From: Halorhodospira sp.
GTDB lineage: Bacteria > Pseudomonadota > Gammaproteobacteria > Nitrococcales > Halorhodospiraceae
Assembly: GCA_007121755.1 (NCBI GenBank)
Contig: SKJZ01000039.1
Coordinates: forward strand, 1-60,290
Direction: 5' to 3'
Length of the DNA: 60,290 nt
Shown: piece by piece, positions 17,793 through 26,429 of the stretch
Layout: each line of letters begins with the position of its first letter
Numbering within the stretch: the first letter of the stretch is position 1
Translations under genes and position numbers: made by a program
Notes under the pieces: model-generated
Database searches by the model: none
Told to the model about the DNA's origin: nothing
What the model saw: the letters and a program-made list of their open reading frames with translations, nothing else

Positions 17793-20024
17793 ATGAGAAA
17801 AGGTTCGCAGCGGAACGCAATACCCTCTGTGGTCGCGGCTGCCACCGTGATGGCGGTCGCAACATACGCCCACGCCGAAGAGACACAGGTTCGTGTCCTG
17901 GACCGCCTGACGATTACCGGCGATCCCGACCGTATCCAGGAAATCCCCGGCTCCGCACAATCCTTGGACCGCGAACGCCTCGACCGTCAAGGGTATACCG
18001 ATCCTCACCGGATCTTGCGGGAGATACCGGGGGTGAATGTGGCCGACGAGGAAGGATTCGGTCAGTTCCCGCATATCAGCATGCGGGGGGTGCCGCCGGA
18101 GAGGAACTCGCGCATCACCGTTATGGAAGATCGCGTCTTGGCTGCCCCGGCGCCTTACTCCGCTCCGGCCGCTTACTACTTCCCGCCAATGGGGCGAATG
18201 GACGGGGTGGAAGTATTGAAAGGCTCGAGTTCCATCAAGCACGGTCCTTATACCACTGGGGGCGCGCTGAACATGCGTTCCACGCCGCTTCCAGTGGAGC
18301 GTTCCGGCAAGGTCGATCTGCTGCTTGGCTCCAACAACGGGCGCCGCAGTCACGCGCATATCGGCGGCACCGAGGGGCAGTGGGGATGGTTGCTGGAGTC
18401 GTTTACCGAGCAGAGCGACGGCTTTAAGAAGTTGGATAATCCCCTCTCCGGGCCGAATCAACCCGAGCCGAATACCGGGTTCGATCGGCGCAACCTGATG
18501 GGTAAGCTGGGATGGACTAGCGATCCGGCGGACGCCGTCTTTCAAGAGGTGCAATTCAAGTTTGCCACCGATGATCGCACCATCAACGATACCTACCTGG
18601 GGCTGACCGAGGAGGACTACAACCGAAACCCCTACCGGCGCTACCGTGGTAGCCAGTTCGACGAGATCAACACTGATCACAATCTTTACCACTTGCAGCA
18701 CTATATCTCGCTGAATGCGGATACCGATGTTACAACCGATGTCTACTACGCCGATTTCGTTCGCAACTGGTACAAGCTGCACCATGTCGCCGGCACAGGG
18801 ATCACAGCTATTCTCGATGATCCGGACCAGTTTTCGGACGAGATCAGCTGGATTCGCGGCAATCCCGACGATCCGAGTACCCGCGGCAATGTCCGCGCCA
18901 ACAATCGCGAGTACTACTCGCGGGGTATTCAGACGCGGGTAACCCACCTCTTCGAGGGGTACGGCTGGGAGCACGATCTGGAGGTCGGACTGCGCTACCA
19001 CGAGGATGAGGAGGATCGTCTGCAGTGGGAGGACGCCTTCAAAATGGAGGACGGCTTCATGGTCCTCGATGACGGCGGCGAGCCGGGCAGCACAACCAAC
19101 CGGGTAACCGACTCCCGCGCGATCGCCGCCCACATCCAGAACACGATGCGACGTGGCGCGTGGACGGTCACGCCGGGGCTTCGCTACGAGACCATTAAGT
19201 TCACTCGAAGGGACTACCAGGAGGATCCACCGACCCGGTCGGTAACTGAGGCCAAGCGCGACAACACATATGACGTCTGGATCCCCGGTCTCGGTGCAAC
19301 CTACCGCATCGACGAGAACTGGAGCGTGCTTGCTGGTGTTCATCGAGGTTTTGCGCCGGCCGGCCCCAATCCTGATCTGGATGAAGAGAAGAGCACGAAC
19401 CTGGAGACGGGGTTCCGTTACCGGGATCGCTTTACACGGGCCGAGGTGATCGGATTTCTCAACGACTATGACAACATCGTGGCCGAGTGTACGGCCGTAG
19501 GTGGGGCTGGGTGCGAGGCGGGCGACGCATTCTCCGGCGGGGCGGTTCAGGTCTATGGCCTGGAGGCGTTGATCCTTCACGATCTCGGGCTGTCACGCGG
19601 CTGGGCGTACCATGTGCCGATCACATTGTCGTACACCTACACCGTAAGTGAGTTTGAGGAGGATTTCGGAGGGACAGGGCCGAATAATTGGCAGGACGCC
19701 GAAAAGGGAGACAGCCTGCCGGAGGTGCCGAAGCATGCGGTCAACCTGGGAATCGGTCTCGGCCGGGACACATGGCGCCTGGATCTGAACGCCAACTACG
19801 TCACTGAGGCGCAGGCCAGGGCGGGTAGCGACCACAAGGATCAGACCATCGACTCTAGGGTGTTGCTCGATCTGTCGGGCGAATACCGGGTCCATGGTCA
19901 CGCCCGCCTCTTCGCCAGCGTCGAAAACCTGGCCGATCAGGAGTACGTCGTCCACCACCGCCCCGCCGGCATGCGTCCCGGCAAACCCCGTGAGCTTTGG
20001 GCCGGGGTGAAGGTCGACTTCTAG
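17793..20024 (+). CDS. TonB-dependent outer-membrane receptor
   Basis: Signal peptide (MRKGSQRNAIPSVVAAATVMAVATYAHA). Plug-domain motifs (REIPGVNV, MRGVPPERNSRITVMEDRV, VEVLKGSSSIKHGPYTTGGALN). Large beta-barrel ending in VKVDF with a terminal Phe. AGGAG ribosome-binding site before 17793. Confidence 0.9.
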   Translation: MRKGSQRNAIPSVVAAATVMAVATYAHAEETQVRVLDRLTITGDPDRIQEIPGSAQSLDRERLDRQGYTDPHRILREIPGVNVADEEGFGQFPHISMRGVPPERNSRITVMEDRVLAAPAPYSAPAAYYFPPMGRMDGVEVLKGSSSIKHGPYTTGGALNMRSTPLPVERSGKVDLLLGSNNGRRSHAHIGGTEGQWGWLLESFTEQSDGFKKLDNPLSGPNQPEPNTGFDRRNLMGKLGWTSDPADAVFQEVQFKFATDDRTINDTYLGLTEEDYNRNPYRRYRGSQFDEINTDHNLYHLQHYISLNADTDVTTDVYYADFVRNWYKLHHVAGTGITAILDDPDQFSDEISWIRGNPDDPSTRGNVRANNREYYSRGIQTRVTHLFEGYGWEHDLEVGLRYHEDEEDRLQWEDAFKMEDGFMVLDDGGEPGSTTNRVTDSRAIAAHIQNTMRRGAWTVTPGLRYETIKFTRRDYQEDPPTRSVTEAKRDNTYDVWIPGLGATYRIDENWSVLAGVHRGFAPAGPNPDLDEEKSTNLETGFRYRDRFTRAEVIGFLNDYDNIVAECTAVGGAGCEAGDAFSGGAVQVYGLEALILHDLGLSRGWAYHVPITLSYTYTVSEFEEDFGGTGPNNWQDAEKGDSLPEVPKHAVNLGIGLGRDTWRLDLNANYVTEAQARAGSDHKDQTIDSRVLLDLSGEYRVHGHARLFASVENLADQEYVVHHRPAGMRPGKPRELWAGVKVDF

Positions 20025-20127
20025 GGCGGGCTTGCCACTCGCCTTCCCCTCGGGGCGGGCGCGTGCGCCCCGCCACAGGGGTGACGGGTGACCGGTGGAT
20101 GTTCTCTATATGAACGGCAACGAATCG

Positions 20128-20159
20128 CCGGGGCTGCATTGCAGCTCCGGCTTTTTTTT
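20128..20159 (+). terminator. Rho-independent terminator after the TonB-dependent receptor gene
   Basis: CCGGGGCTGCA-T-TGCAGCTCCGG stem (one G/T mismatch) followed by T8. Confidence 0.7.
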
Positions 20160-20328
20160 GCCGCCCTTTCCGCCCCAGGGGTAAATATTGTCCGGATTGC
20201 CGCCGATACCCCAGTGATCGCCTTATAAAGAAGAAGCGCCAGAACGACATTTGGCCCGTAAAATCAATCGGATAGGGTGTAACAGTGTCCGCCGAGAGCG
20301 GGCGGCAACTTTTTTCCGCTTTGGGGGG

Positions 20329-20355
20329 TAAAGGATTGCCGCTCAGGGCCGATAA
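20329..20355 (+). promoter_or_regulatory. Sigma28 promoter of flagellin gene 1
   Basis: TAAAGGAT-N11-GCCGATAA, about 87 bp upstream of the ATG at 20442. Confidence 0.75.
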
Positions 20356-20441
20356 GGATAACGAAGGCACGATAAGGGTCACCGAAGGCGGCAAGTTGTC
20401 GCCGCCCTGGCCTTCCGATGGATTCGCAAAGGAGAGGAGTC

Positions 20442-21884
20442 ATGGCACAGGTAATCAATACCAACGTAGCGTCCCTGAACTCGCAGAGGCACCTGAGTGC
20501 CTCGCAGGGCGACTTGGCGACATCGATGGAGCGTCTGTCGTCCGGCCAGCGTATCAACTCCGCGCAGGATGATGCGGCCGGTCTGGCAATCGGTAACCGC
20601 TTCTCCGCCCAGATTAATGGTCTGGACCAAGCGGCTCGGAACGCAAACGACGGCATCTCGTTCGCCCAAACGGCCGAAGGCGCCATGGACGAGATGGGCA
20701 ATCTGCTTCAGCGGATCCGTGAGCTGGCGGTGCAGGCGGCGAACGATAGTAATACCGCATCCGACCGCCGGGCGTTGGACGCTGAGGTCCAGCAGGCGGT
20801 GATGGAGATCGACCGGATCTCGCGCAGCACGCAGTTCAACGGCCAGAACATCCTGGATGGAAGCATGCGGGAACTGGTCTTCCAGGTTGGTGCCAATCGG
20901 GCTCAGACCATCAACGTCACCGGGGTGGACGTTCGGGGCGAAGTCATGGGTGCCGAGGTGGTCGACGGTCAAACCGTGCGCCGGGAGTTGGATGAGAGCG
21001 GTGAGTATGCCGATCTCGATGTCTCCAACATCACCGTCAACGGCGTCGATGTCAGCTTGGCCGGCACCCGCGAGGTAGCCGACGTGGTCAATGCGCTCAA
21101 CGCCGCCACCGCCGGTACCGGTGTCCAGGCCTTCCGGGCCGATGTGGCGGAAACGGACGTGATGACCTTCAACAACCCCGGTGCTGGCAGTGAGGGGATG
21201 TTGTTGATCAACGGCACGGAGATCGGTTTCAGCGGTTCGGATGACGCGGATGCGTCCCTCCAGAACTTCCTGGACGAGGTCAACCGTGAGTCGGCCCGTA
21301 CCGGTGTGCGTGCCGAACAGGCCGGGGATAACGGCTTCCGCCTGATATCCGACGCCGACTTCGTATTGGAAGAGACGGATCCGACCCGTAATCCGATCGC
21401 CAACGCCGACGATGTTCTCGGTCCGAACGGCGCTACGCGCTTTGAACGTGGCATCCAGATGGTCAACGACGTCGGCCGTCCGGTGTTGCTGACCGAGGGT
21501 GCGGATCTGGCGACTCTCGGGTTGCAGAATCGCGAAGGTGAGGCGCTGGAGGCGGAGCGTTACACGGTGTCCGGTCAGTGGGCCTTGGATGTCCGCGGCC
21601 GCGAATCGGCGAGCAACGCGATCCGCACAGTGGATTTTGCCTTGGGGCAGATCAATGCGGTACGGGCAGACCTCGGTGCGGTGCAGAACCGATTCGAGTC
21701 CACTGTCTCCAACCTGCAGAACATCTCCGAGAACATGAGCGCCACCCGTTCTCGGATCATGGATGCAGACTTTGCGGAGGAGACGTCCAACATGACCCGT
21801 AGCCAGATCCTCCAGCAGGCGGGTACCTCCATGTTGGCGCAGGCCAACCAAGTCCCGCAAAACGTGCTGACCCTGCTGCAGTAA
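20442..21884 (+). CDS. fliC: Flagellin (copy 1, 480 aa)
   Basis: MAQVINTNVASLNSQRHL. C-terminus FAEETSNMTRSQILQQAGTSMLAQANQVPQNVLTLLQ. AAAGGAGAGGAG ribosome-binding site before 20442. Confidence 0.95.
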   Translation: MAQVINTNVASLNSQRHLSASQGDLATSMERLSSGQRINSAQDDAAGLAIGNRFSAQINGLDQAARNANDGISFAQTAEGAMDEMGNLLQRIRELAVQAANDSNTASDRRALDAEVQQAVMEIDRISRSTQFNGQNILDGSMRELVFQVGANRAQTINVTGVDVRGEVMGAEVVDGQTVRRELDESGEYADLDVSNITVNGVDVSLAGTREVADVVNALNAATAGTGVQAFRADVAETDVMTFNNPGAGSEGMLLINGTEIGFSGSDDADASLQNFLDEVNRESARTGVRAEQAGDNGFRLISDADFVLEETDPTRNPIANADDVLGPNGATRFERGIQMVNDVGRPVLLTEGADLATLGLQNREGEALEAERYTVSGQWALDVRGRESASNAIRTVDFALGQINAVRADLGAVQNRFESTVSNLQNISENMSATRSRIMDADFAEETSNMTRSQILQQAGTSMLAQANQVPQNVLTLLQ

Positions 21885-21890
21885 CACCGG

Positions 21891-21923
21891 AGCAGGGCCC
21901 GGCTTGACCCCCCGGGCCCTGCT
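21891..21923 (+). terminator. Perfect 12-bp stem-loop after flagellin 1
   Basis: AGCAGGGCCCGG-N9-CCGGGCCCTGCT. No T-tract, so termination efficiency is uncertain. Confidence 0.45.
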
Positions 21924-22079
21924 GCCGGATCTCGCTGACCCCGAGACCCGTTTCCGGTAGCAGCTTCAGCGCCTTTTGGAGCATTACGAGAGATTGCGAA
22001 AGTAAGGAGGTGAACCACAGACCATGACCCTCAATCACGTGGTATGACTCCGGCGGCGCCCTCTTTTTGAGGGTGCCGC

Positions 22080-22106
22080 TAAAGCTGTCGATCGGTCGGC
22101 CGATAC
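22080..22106 (+). promoter_or_regulatory. Sigma28 promoter of flagellin gene 2
   Basis: TAAAGCTG-N11-GCCGATAC, about 100 bp upstream of the ATG at 22208. Confidence 0.7.
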
Positions 22107-22207
22107 GTTGGGCAAGCGCACGAGTTGTCTGCCCGACGAACGGGACCGCTCGTGCCAGGGGTCAGCGACGGCGCGGTGGTGCGCCGGTCACGTGAAGGAG
22201 ACGGGTC

Positions 22208-23704
22208 ATGGCACAGGTCATTAACACTAATGTTGCGTCGCTTAACACGCAGCGGAATTTGAACGCGTCGAAGGGTGATCTTGAGGTTGCTCTCGAGAGG
22301 CTCTCTTCGGGGCAGCGGATCAACAGCGCGCGGGACGACGCCGCGGGTTTGGCCATCAGCGGGCGGTTTACCGCTCAGATCAACGGCCTCAACCAGGCGG
22401 CCCGTAACTCGAACGATGGGATTTCCTTCGCACAGACGGCGGAGGGGGCAATGGAAGAGATGAGCAATCTTCTGCAGCGGGTTCGTGAGTTGGCGGTTCA
22501 GGCGGCCAACGACACCAACTCGCCTTCCGATCGTCGCGCGTTGGATCAAGAGGTGCAGCAGGCGATCCAGGAGATTGATCGCATCGCTCGCACCACCCAA
22601 TTCAACCAGCAGAACGTGCTGGACGGGACGCTGCGGGAGCTAGTCTTCCAGGTGGGTGCCAATCGTGGCCAGGCCATTACGGCCCGGGGCGTCGATGTGC
22701 GCGCCATGAATTTGGGAGCCGATGTCATCGACGGGCTGGGCATGCAGCATCGTCCGGGGCAGAACATTCGGGAGCAGATCCCGGATACCATGTATCTCAA
22801 TGGGCGCGAGATCAGCTTGGAAGGTGTGCGCGATGAGAACGATCTGGCGCGTACGATCAATGAGTTGCAAGCGCAGACCGGTGTAGAGGCGACTCAGGCC
22901 GACCGGGTGATCTCTCAGCCGGTGAATTTGGAGGTTCCAGAAGAAGGGCAGACGGCCCGGTTGTGGCTCAACGGCGTCTCCGTGGATATTGATGGGAGTC
23001 AGGCCGACGGCTCCATGGAAAATGTGGCAGCGGCCATCAATGATCGCGCCGCGGATACGCGGGTACGTCTGGAGAAAGACGTCGAGGTCGGGGACCAGAC
23101 ATTGGATTGGGCCTTCGTCTCTAATGAGAACTTCTCGGCTCAGTACGAAGGGCACGGCGCAATCACCGTCGGGGGTGAAGAGCTTGGCATGGGGCTCGAT
23201 CCGGAGGATGAGGAGGCCCAGGGTCTGATGTTCCGGGGAGGAATGAGCCTCGCCGTGACTATCGGCTCTGATCTGCGAATCTCCGACGATGCTGAAGGCA
23301 ATGTCTCGGCGACAGGGGGGATAAGCGGGTTGGGGTTGTCCCGGCACGGTGTTGACCAGGCCCTGGGCCCGCGCGAGTACACCATCGGCGGTCAGAACCC
23401 GGTGGATGTGCGCACGCGGCTGAGTGCTTCCGACGCCATTGTGGCGGTGGACTATGCTCTGCAGCAGATCAACAACACGCGGGCCGATCTCGGTGCAGTT
23501 CAGAATCGCTTTGAGTCCACCATCAACAACTTGACGATCTCGGCAGAGAATCTCAGCGCGTCGCGGTCCCGTGTACGGGACGCCGACTTCGCTGAAGAGA
23601 CGGCGGAGATGACGCGAACGCAGATTCTGCAGCAGGCCGGCACCTCGGTGTTGGCCCAAGCGAATCAGATTCCGCAAAACGTGCTCCAGCTGCTCCAGCA
23701 GTAA
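22208..23704 (+). CDS. fliC: Flagellin (copy 2, 498 aa)
   Basis: MAQVINTNVASLNTQRNL. C-terminus FAEETAEMTRTQILQQAGTSVLAQANQIPQNVLQLLQQ. The central domain is unrelated to that of copy 1. Confidence 0.95.
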   Translation: MAQVINTNVASLNTQRNLNASKGDLEVALERLSSGQRINSARDDAAGLAISGRFTAQINGLNQAARNSNDGISFAQTAEGAMEEMSNLLQRVRELAVQAANDTNSPSDRRALDQEVQQAIQEIDRIARTTQFNQQNVLDGTLRELVFQVGANRGQAITARGVDVRAMNLGADVIDGLGMQHRPGQNIREQIPDTMYLNGREISLEGVRDENDLARTINELQAQTGVEATQADRVISQPVNLEVPEEGQTARLWLNGVSVDIDGSQADGSMENVAAAINDRAADTRVRLEKDVEVGDQTLDWAFVSNENFSAQYEGHGAITVGGEELGMGLDPEDEEAQGLMFRGGMSLAVTIGSDLRISDDAEGNVSATGGISGLGLSRHGVDQALGPREYTIGGQNPVDVRTRLSASDAIVAVDYALQQINNTRADLGAVQNRFESTINNLTISAENLSASRSRVRDADFAEETAEMTRTQILQQAGTSVLAQANQIPQNVLQLLQQ

Positions 23705-23783
23705 CGGGATCACCGGTATCCCGTAGGACGGCGGCGGCTGGACCACCCGACGGCCCCCCAGCACGTTGGGGAGGGGAGGGAAG

Positions 23784-24191
23784 ATGAGTAGCGAGGTCCA
23801 GACGCTAGGCTACATGGGATACTCGGTGACCGGAGTGGCGCGTGGAGGAGAAGATAGGCAGGATGCCAAGGTGCCTCTGGGTGACGAAGAACAGGATGTG
23901 CTCCAGAGGTCCGAGTGGGTAGTCAAGATGGAACAGCGGGCCGAGGCGGAGCAAGCTCCGCTCGACGATCCCGAGGCCCTGGAGAAAGCCGTCGAGCGCA
24001 TGGAGGAGTTTATCAAGAGCGTCGGCCGTGACCTTCAGTTTCGGATCGACGATGATACGGGGCGTGTGGTGGTGACTGTCCTGGTGCGTGGCACCGATGA
24101 TGTGGTCCGGCAGATTCCGCCGGAGGAGATGTTGTCCATCTCGAAGCGGATGGCGGAGGTCCACGGCCTGCTTTTTAACGGTCAGGCTTGA
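23784..24191 (+). CDS. flaG: FlaG-family flagellar protein
   Basis: FlaG C-terminal motif (LQFRIDDDTGRVVVTVLVRGTDDVVRQIPPEE). Positioned between flagellin and fliD. GGAGGG ribosome-binding site before 23784; the ORF is open from 23766. Confidence 0.8.
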   Translation: MSSEVQTLGYMGYSVTGVARGGEDRQDAKVPLGDEEQDVLQRSEWVVKMEQRAEAEQAPLDDPEALEKAVERMEEFIKSVGRDLQFRIDDDTGRVVVTVLVRGTDDVVRQIPPEEMLSISKRMAEVHGLLFNGQA

Positions 24192-24271
24192 GCGAGCGGC
24201 GGGAGACGGGTTCGGTTCGATGGATGCGGGAAGATTCCGGTCCGGGGCGTAGAACGGCCCTGGCAGCGGGA

Positions 24272-24319
24272 ACATGCCTTCCAGTGGGGCGCGGTAAGGT
24301 GCCCCACTGGAAGGCATGT
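24272..24319 (+). terminator. Perfect 19-bp stem-loop downstream of flaG
   Basis: ACATGCCTTCCAGTGGGGC-N10-GCCCCACTGGAAGGCATGT followed by TTTATT. The right arm overlaps the -24 element of the fliD sigma54 promoter. Confidence 0.6.
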
Positions 24320-24327
24320 TTATTGCA
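24312..24327 (+). promoter_or_regulatory. Sigma54 promoter for fliD
   Basis: AGGCAT-GTTTA-TTGCA with exact GG-N10-GC spacing. Confidence 0.55.
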
Positions 24328-24369
24328 TATACTAGCTTTGCGGCAATACTTATCGCAAAGCTAGTATAT
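24327..24369. repeat. AT-rich perfect 16-bp inverted repeat (operator or 5'-UTR hairpin) at the fliD transcription start region
   Basis: ATATACTAGCTTTGCG-N11-CGCAAAGCTAGTATAT, beginning at the last base of the -12 element. Confidence 0.6.
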
Positions 24370-24446
24370 AGCCATCGAACGCAGGGGGATGAGCCATGGT
24401 AGCCCCGGGATCTCCGGGTGGCGGTCCGGCGCCCCACAACCGGATC

Positions 24447-25844
24447 ATGGAGAAACTGGGTGCCGGATCGGGTCTCAATACCGCCTCGATCGTCGAGGAT
24501 TTGGTTGAGGCCGAACGCGCGCCCACCGAGAAGCGCCTCGCCGATCGTCAGGAGCGGCTGCAGACCGAGATCTCGGCCCTCGGGCAGATGCGTTCGGTGC
24601 TCGGTGAGTTTGAGGAGGGGGTCCGCGGTCTCGACGACCCGGACAACTATGCTGCGATCGATGGGAGCTCCCGGGATTCCGGTGTGGCCGATATCACCGT
24701 CGGCGATAGCGCGTTGCCGGGCGCCCATGACGTGGATGTGCAACAGCTCGCCCAGAGCCAGCGTTTGGCCACGGTCCCCGGAGTGTTCGAGAGCAGTTCC
24801 GATCCGGTGGGAACCGGGCAGTTGGTGATCGTTCTTGGTGACGGCCGTGAACAAACAGTCACCATCGGTGATGACGACGCCACCTTGTTGGGGATCCGCG
24901 ACGCCATCAATCGGCAGGCCGAGGGTGTGACCGCGTCCATCGTCGATGACGGGGCTGGGCCGCGTCTTTCATTGATGACTGCGGAGTCCGGCGAGCATAA
25001 CGCCGTGCTGGGTGTCGATGTCCGACAGGGTGAGGACGACTCCGGCGACCTTTATCCGTTTCTCTTTGCGGTCACGGACGACGACAGGGGTGGCGAGGGG
25101 GTCGGGGGGATGAGGCAGATCCGTGCCGCCCAGGATGCCGTGGTCACCATCGACGGCTTGACGGTGACCCGCTCCGAGAACCGTATCGAGGACGCCATCG
25201 AGGGCGCGACGCTGACGCTCAACGATGTCGGTAGCACACGGGTCGAGATCAAGGAGCGAGAGGGGCTCATTGAAGAGCGTGTTCAGAGCTTTGTTGAGGC
25301 GTACAACGTGGTGCGCGACCAGTTTAATCAGCTCTCCCATTACAACCCCGAGACCGAGGAGTCGGGGCCGCTTCAGGGTGACGCGACCCTCCGCGGGATC
25401 GAGATGCGGCTCTCCCGTGCGGCGACCGAGCCGTTGCCGGCTTTGGAGGGGATGCCGATTCAGGCCCTGACCGACATCGGCATCATGACGCAGCGTAATG
25501 GCGGATTGGAGTTGGATGCGGCGCGGTTCCAGCAGGCGGTAGCGCAACACCCCGGCTTGGTCACCCAGTTGTTTACCGATAAGGAAGACGGCGTTGCAGT
25601 GCGGATGCAGCGGCTTTTGGACGAGTCCCGGGGGGCCGACAGTGCCATTGGTGTCAGGACCAGTGGGTTGGAGAGCCAGCTTGAGCGGATCGAGGACGAC
25701 CGGGAGCGGCTGGACCGCCGCATGGAGAAAGTGGGGGAGCGTTTGAGGCGGGAGTTCACGGCCATGGATAAGGCGGTGGCGGAGTTCAATCAGACGTCCG
25801 AATTCCTGGAGCAGCGCCTGGCCGCGATGAACCGCTCGGACTGA
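24447..25844 (+). CDS. fliD: Filament cap protein FliD (HAP2)
   Basis: N-terminus GAGSGLNTASIVEDLVEAERAP. C-terminal coiled coil (RMEKVGERLRREFTAMDKAVAEFNQTSEFLEQRL). The ORF is open from 24396. Confidence 0.9.
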   Translation: MEKLGAGSGLNTASIVEDLVEAERAPTEKRLADRQERLQTEISALGQMRSVLGEFEEGVRGLDDPDNYAAIDGSSRDSGVADITVGDSALPGAHDVDVQQLAQSQRLATVPGVFESSSDPVGTGQLVIVLGDGREQTVTIGDDDATLLGIRDAINRQAEGVTASIVDDGAGPRLSLMTAESGEHNAVLGVDVRQGEDDSGDLYPFLFAVTDDDRGGEGVGGMRQIRAAQDAVVTIDGLTVTRSENRIEDAIEGATLTLNDVGSTRVEIKEREGLIEERVQSFVEAYNVVRDQFNQLSHYNPETEESGPLQGDATLRGIEMRLSRAATEPLPALEGMPIQALTDIGIMTQRNGGLELDAARFQQAVAQHPGLVTQLFTDKEDGVAVRMQRLLDESRGADSAIGVRTSGLESQLERIEDDRERLDRRMEKVGERLRREFTAMDKAVAEFNQTSEFLEQRLAAMNRSD

Positions 25845-25991
25845 TTGTCTTCAGACAGCCGCGCAGTGGGATGGAAAATTGAGAATTGGAGTCTGCCCCC
25901 TGATTTTGGATTGCCCGGGCGGTAAAGAATTTCCGCTTTCCGCCGCCACATTGGGGGAGCATAAATCCAACCACCGGAGGCAGAGCCTGGG

Positions 25992-26429
25992 ATGAGCTAC
26001 GCAGCCATGCATCGCGGTATCAATCAATATCAAAAGGTCGGCGCATACTCGAGCGCGGCTTACGCCGATCCCCACCGTCTGATCCAGCTGCTCTTCGACG
26101 GGCTGCTGGATCGGGTCGCCCAGGCACGGGGGGCGATGGAGCGGGGGGAGGTCGCCAGGAAGGGGGAGTTGATCGGTAAGGCGATCGCGATCCTGGACGG
26201 GCTTCGTGGGGCGCTCGACCACGATCGCGGCGGCGACATCGCCGGCAACCTCGAAGAGCTTTACGTGTATGTCCAGCGCCGTTTGGTGGAAGCCAATGTC
26301 GCCAACGACGTCGTGATTCTCGACGAGTGCGCATCGTTGATGCGTGAGATCAAGGCCGCCTGGGAGGCGATACCGCCCGAGGTTCGGAATCGCAAGGCGG
26401 CTGAAGCCTTGGCGGCACGGGAGCAGTAG
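25992..26429 (+). CDS. fliS: Flagellin export chaperone FliS
   Basis: 145 aa with FliS four-helix pattern (DPHRLIQLLFDGLLDRV, KAIAILDGLRGALD, GDIAGNLEELYVYVQRRL). Confidence 0.9.
   Translation: MSYAAMHRGINQYQKVGAYSSAAYADPHRLIQLLFDGLLDRVAQARGAMERGEVARKGELIGKAIAILDGLRGALDHDRGGDIAGNLEELYVYVQRRLVEANVANDVVILDECASLMREIKAAWEAIPPEVRNRKAAEALAAREQ

Noticed and set aside
17706-19580. Very long antisense or out-of-frame ORFs overlapping clear genes. Examples: 17706-19580 (-), 8799-9842 (-), 14808-15761 (-), 20379-21887 (-), 22640-23764 (-), 36745-38043 (-), 47257-48111 (+), 53749-54927 (-).
   Set aside because: They have the typical shadow-ORF composition of a high-GC genome (Arg/Pro/Gly/Ala-rich with no recognisable motifs). 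Each fully overlaps a gene with strong family signatures on the other strand or frame.
19855-20394. 179-aa minus-strand ORF covering the spacer between the TonB-dependent receptor gene and flagellin 1.
   Set aside because: It overlaps the receptor 3' end, two terminator hairpins and the fliC sigma28 promoter. It has Arg/Pro-rich low-complexity composition and no ribosome-binding site.
25923-25949. Sigma28-like element TAAAGAAT-N11-GCCGCCAC upstream of fliS.
   Set aside because: The -35 element and spacing are good, but the -10 element matches only GCCG of GCCGATAA. It is too weak to call, and fliS may simply be co-transcribed with fliD.
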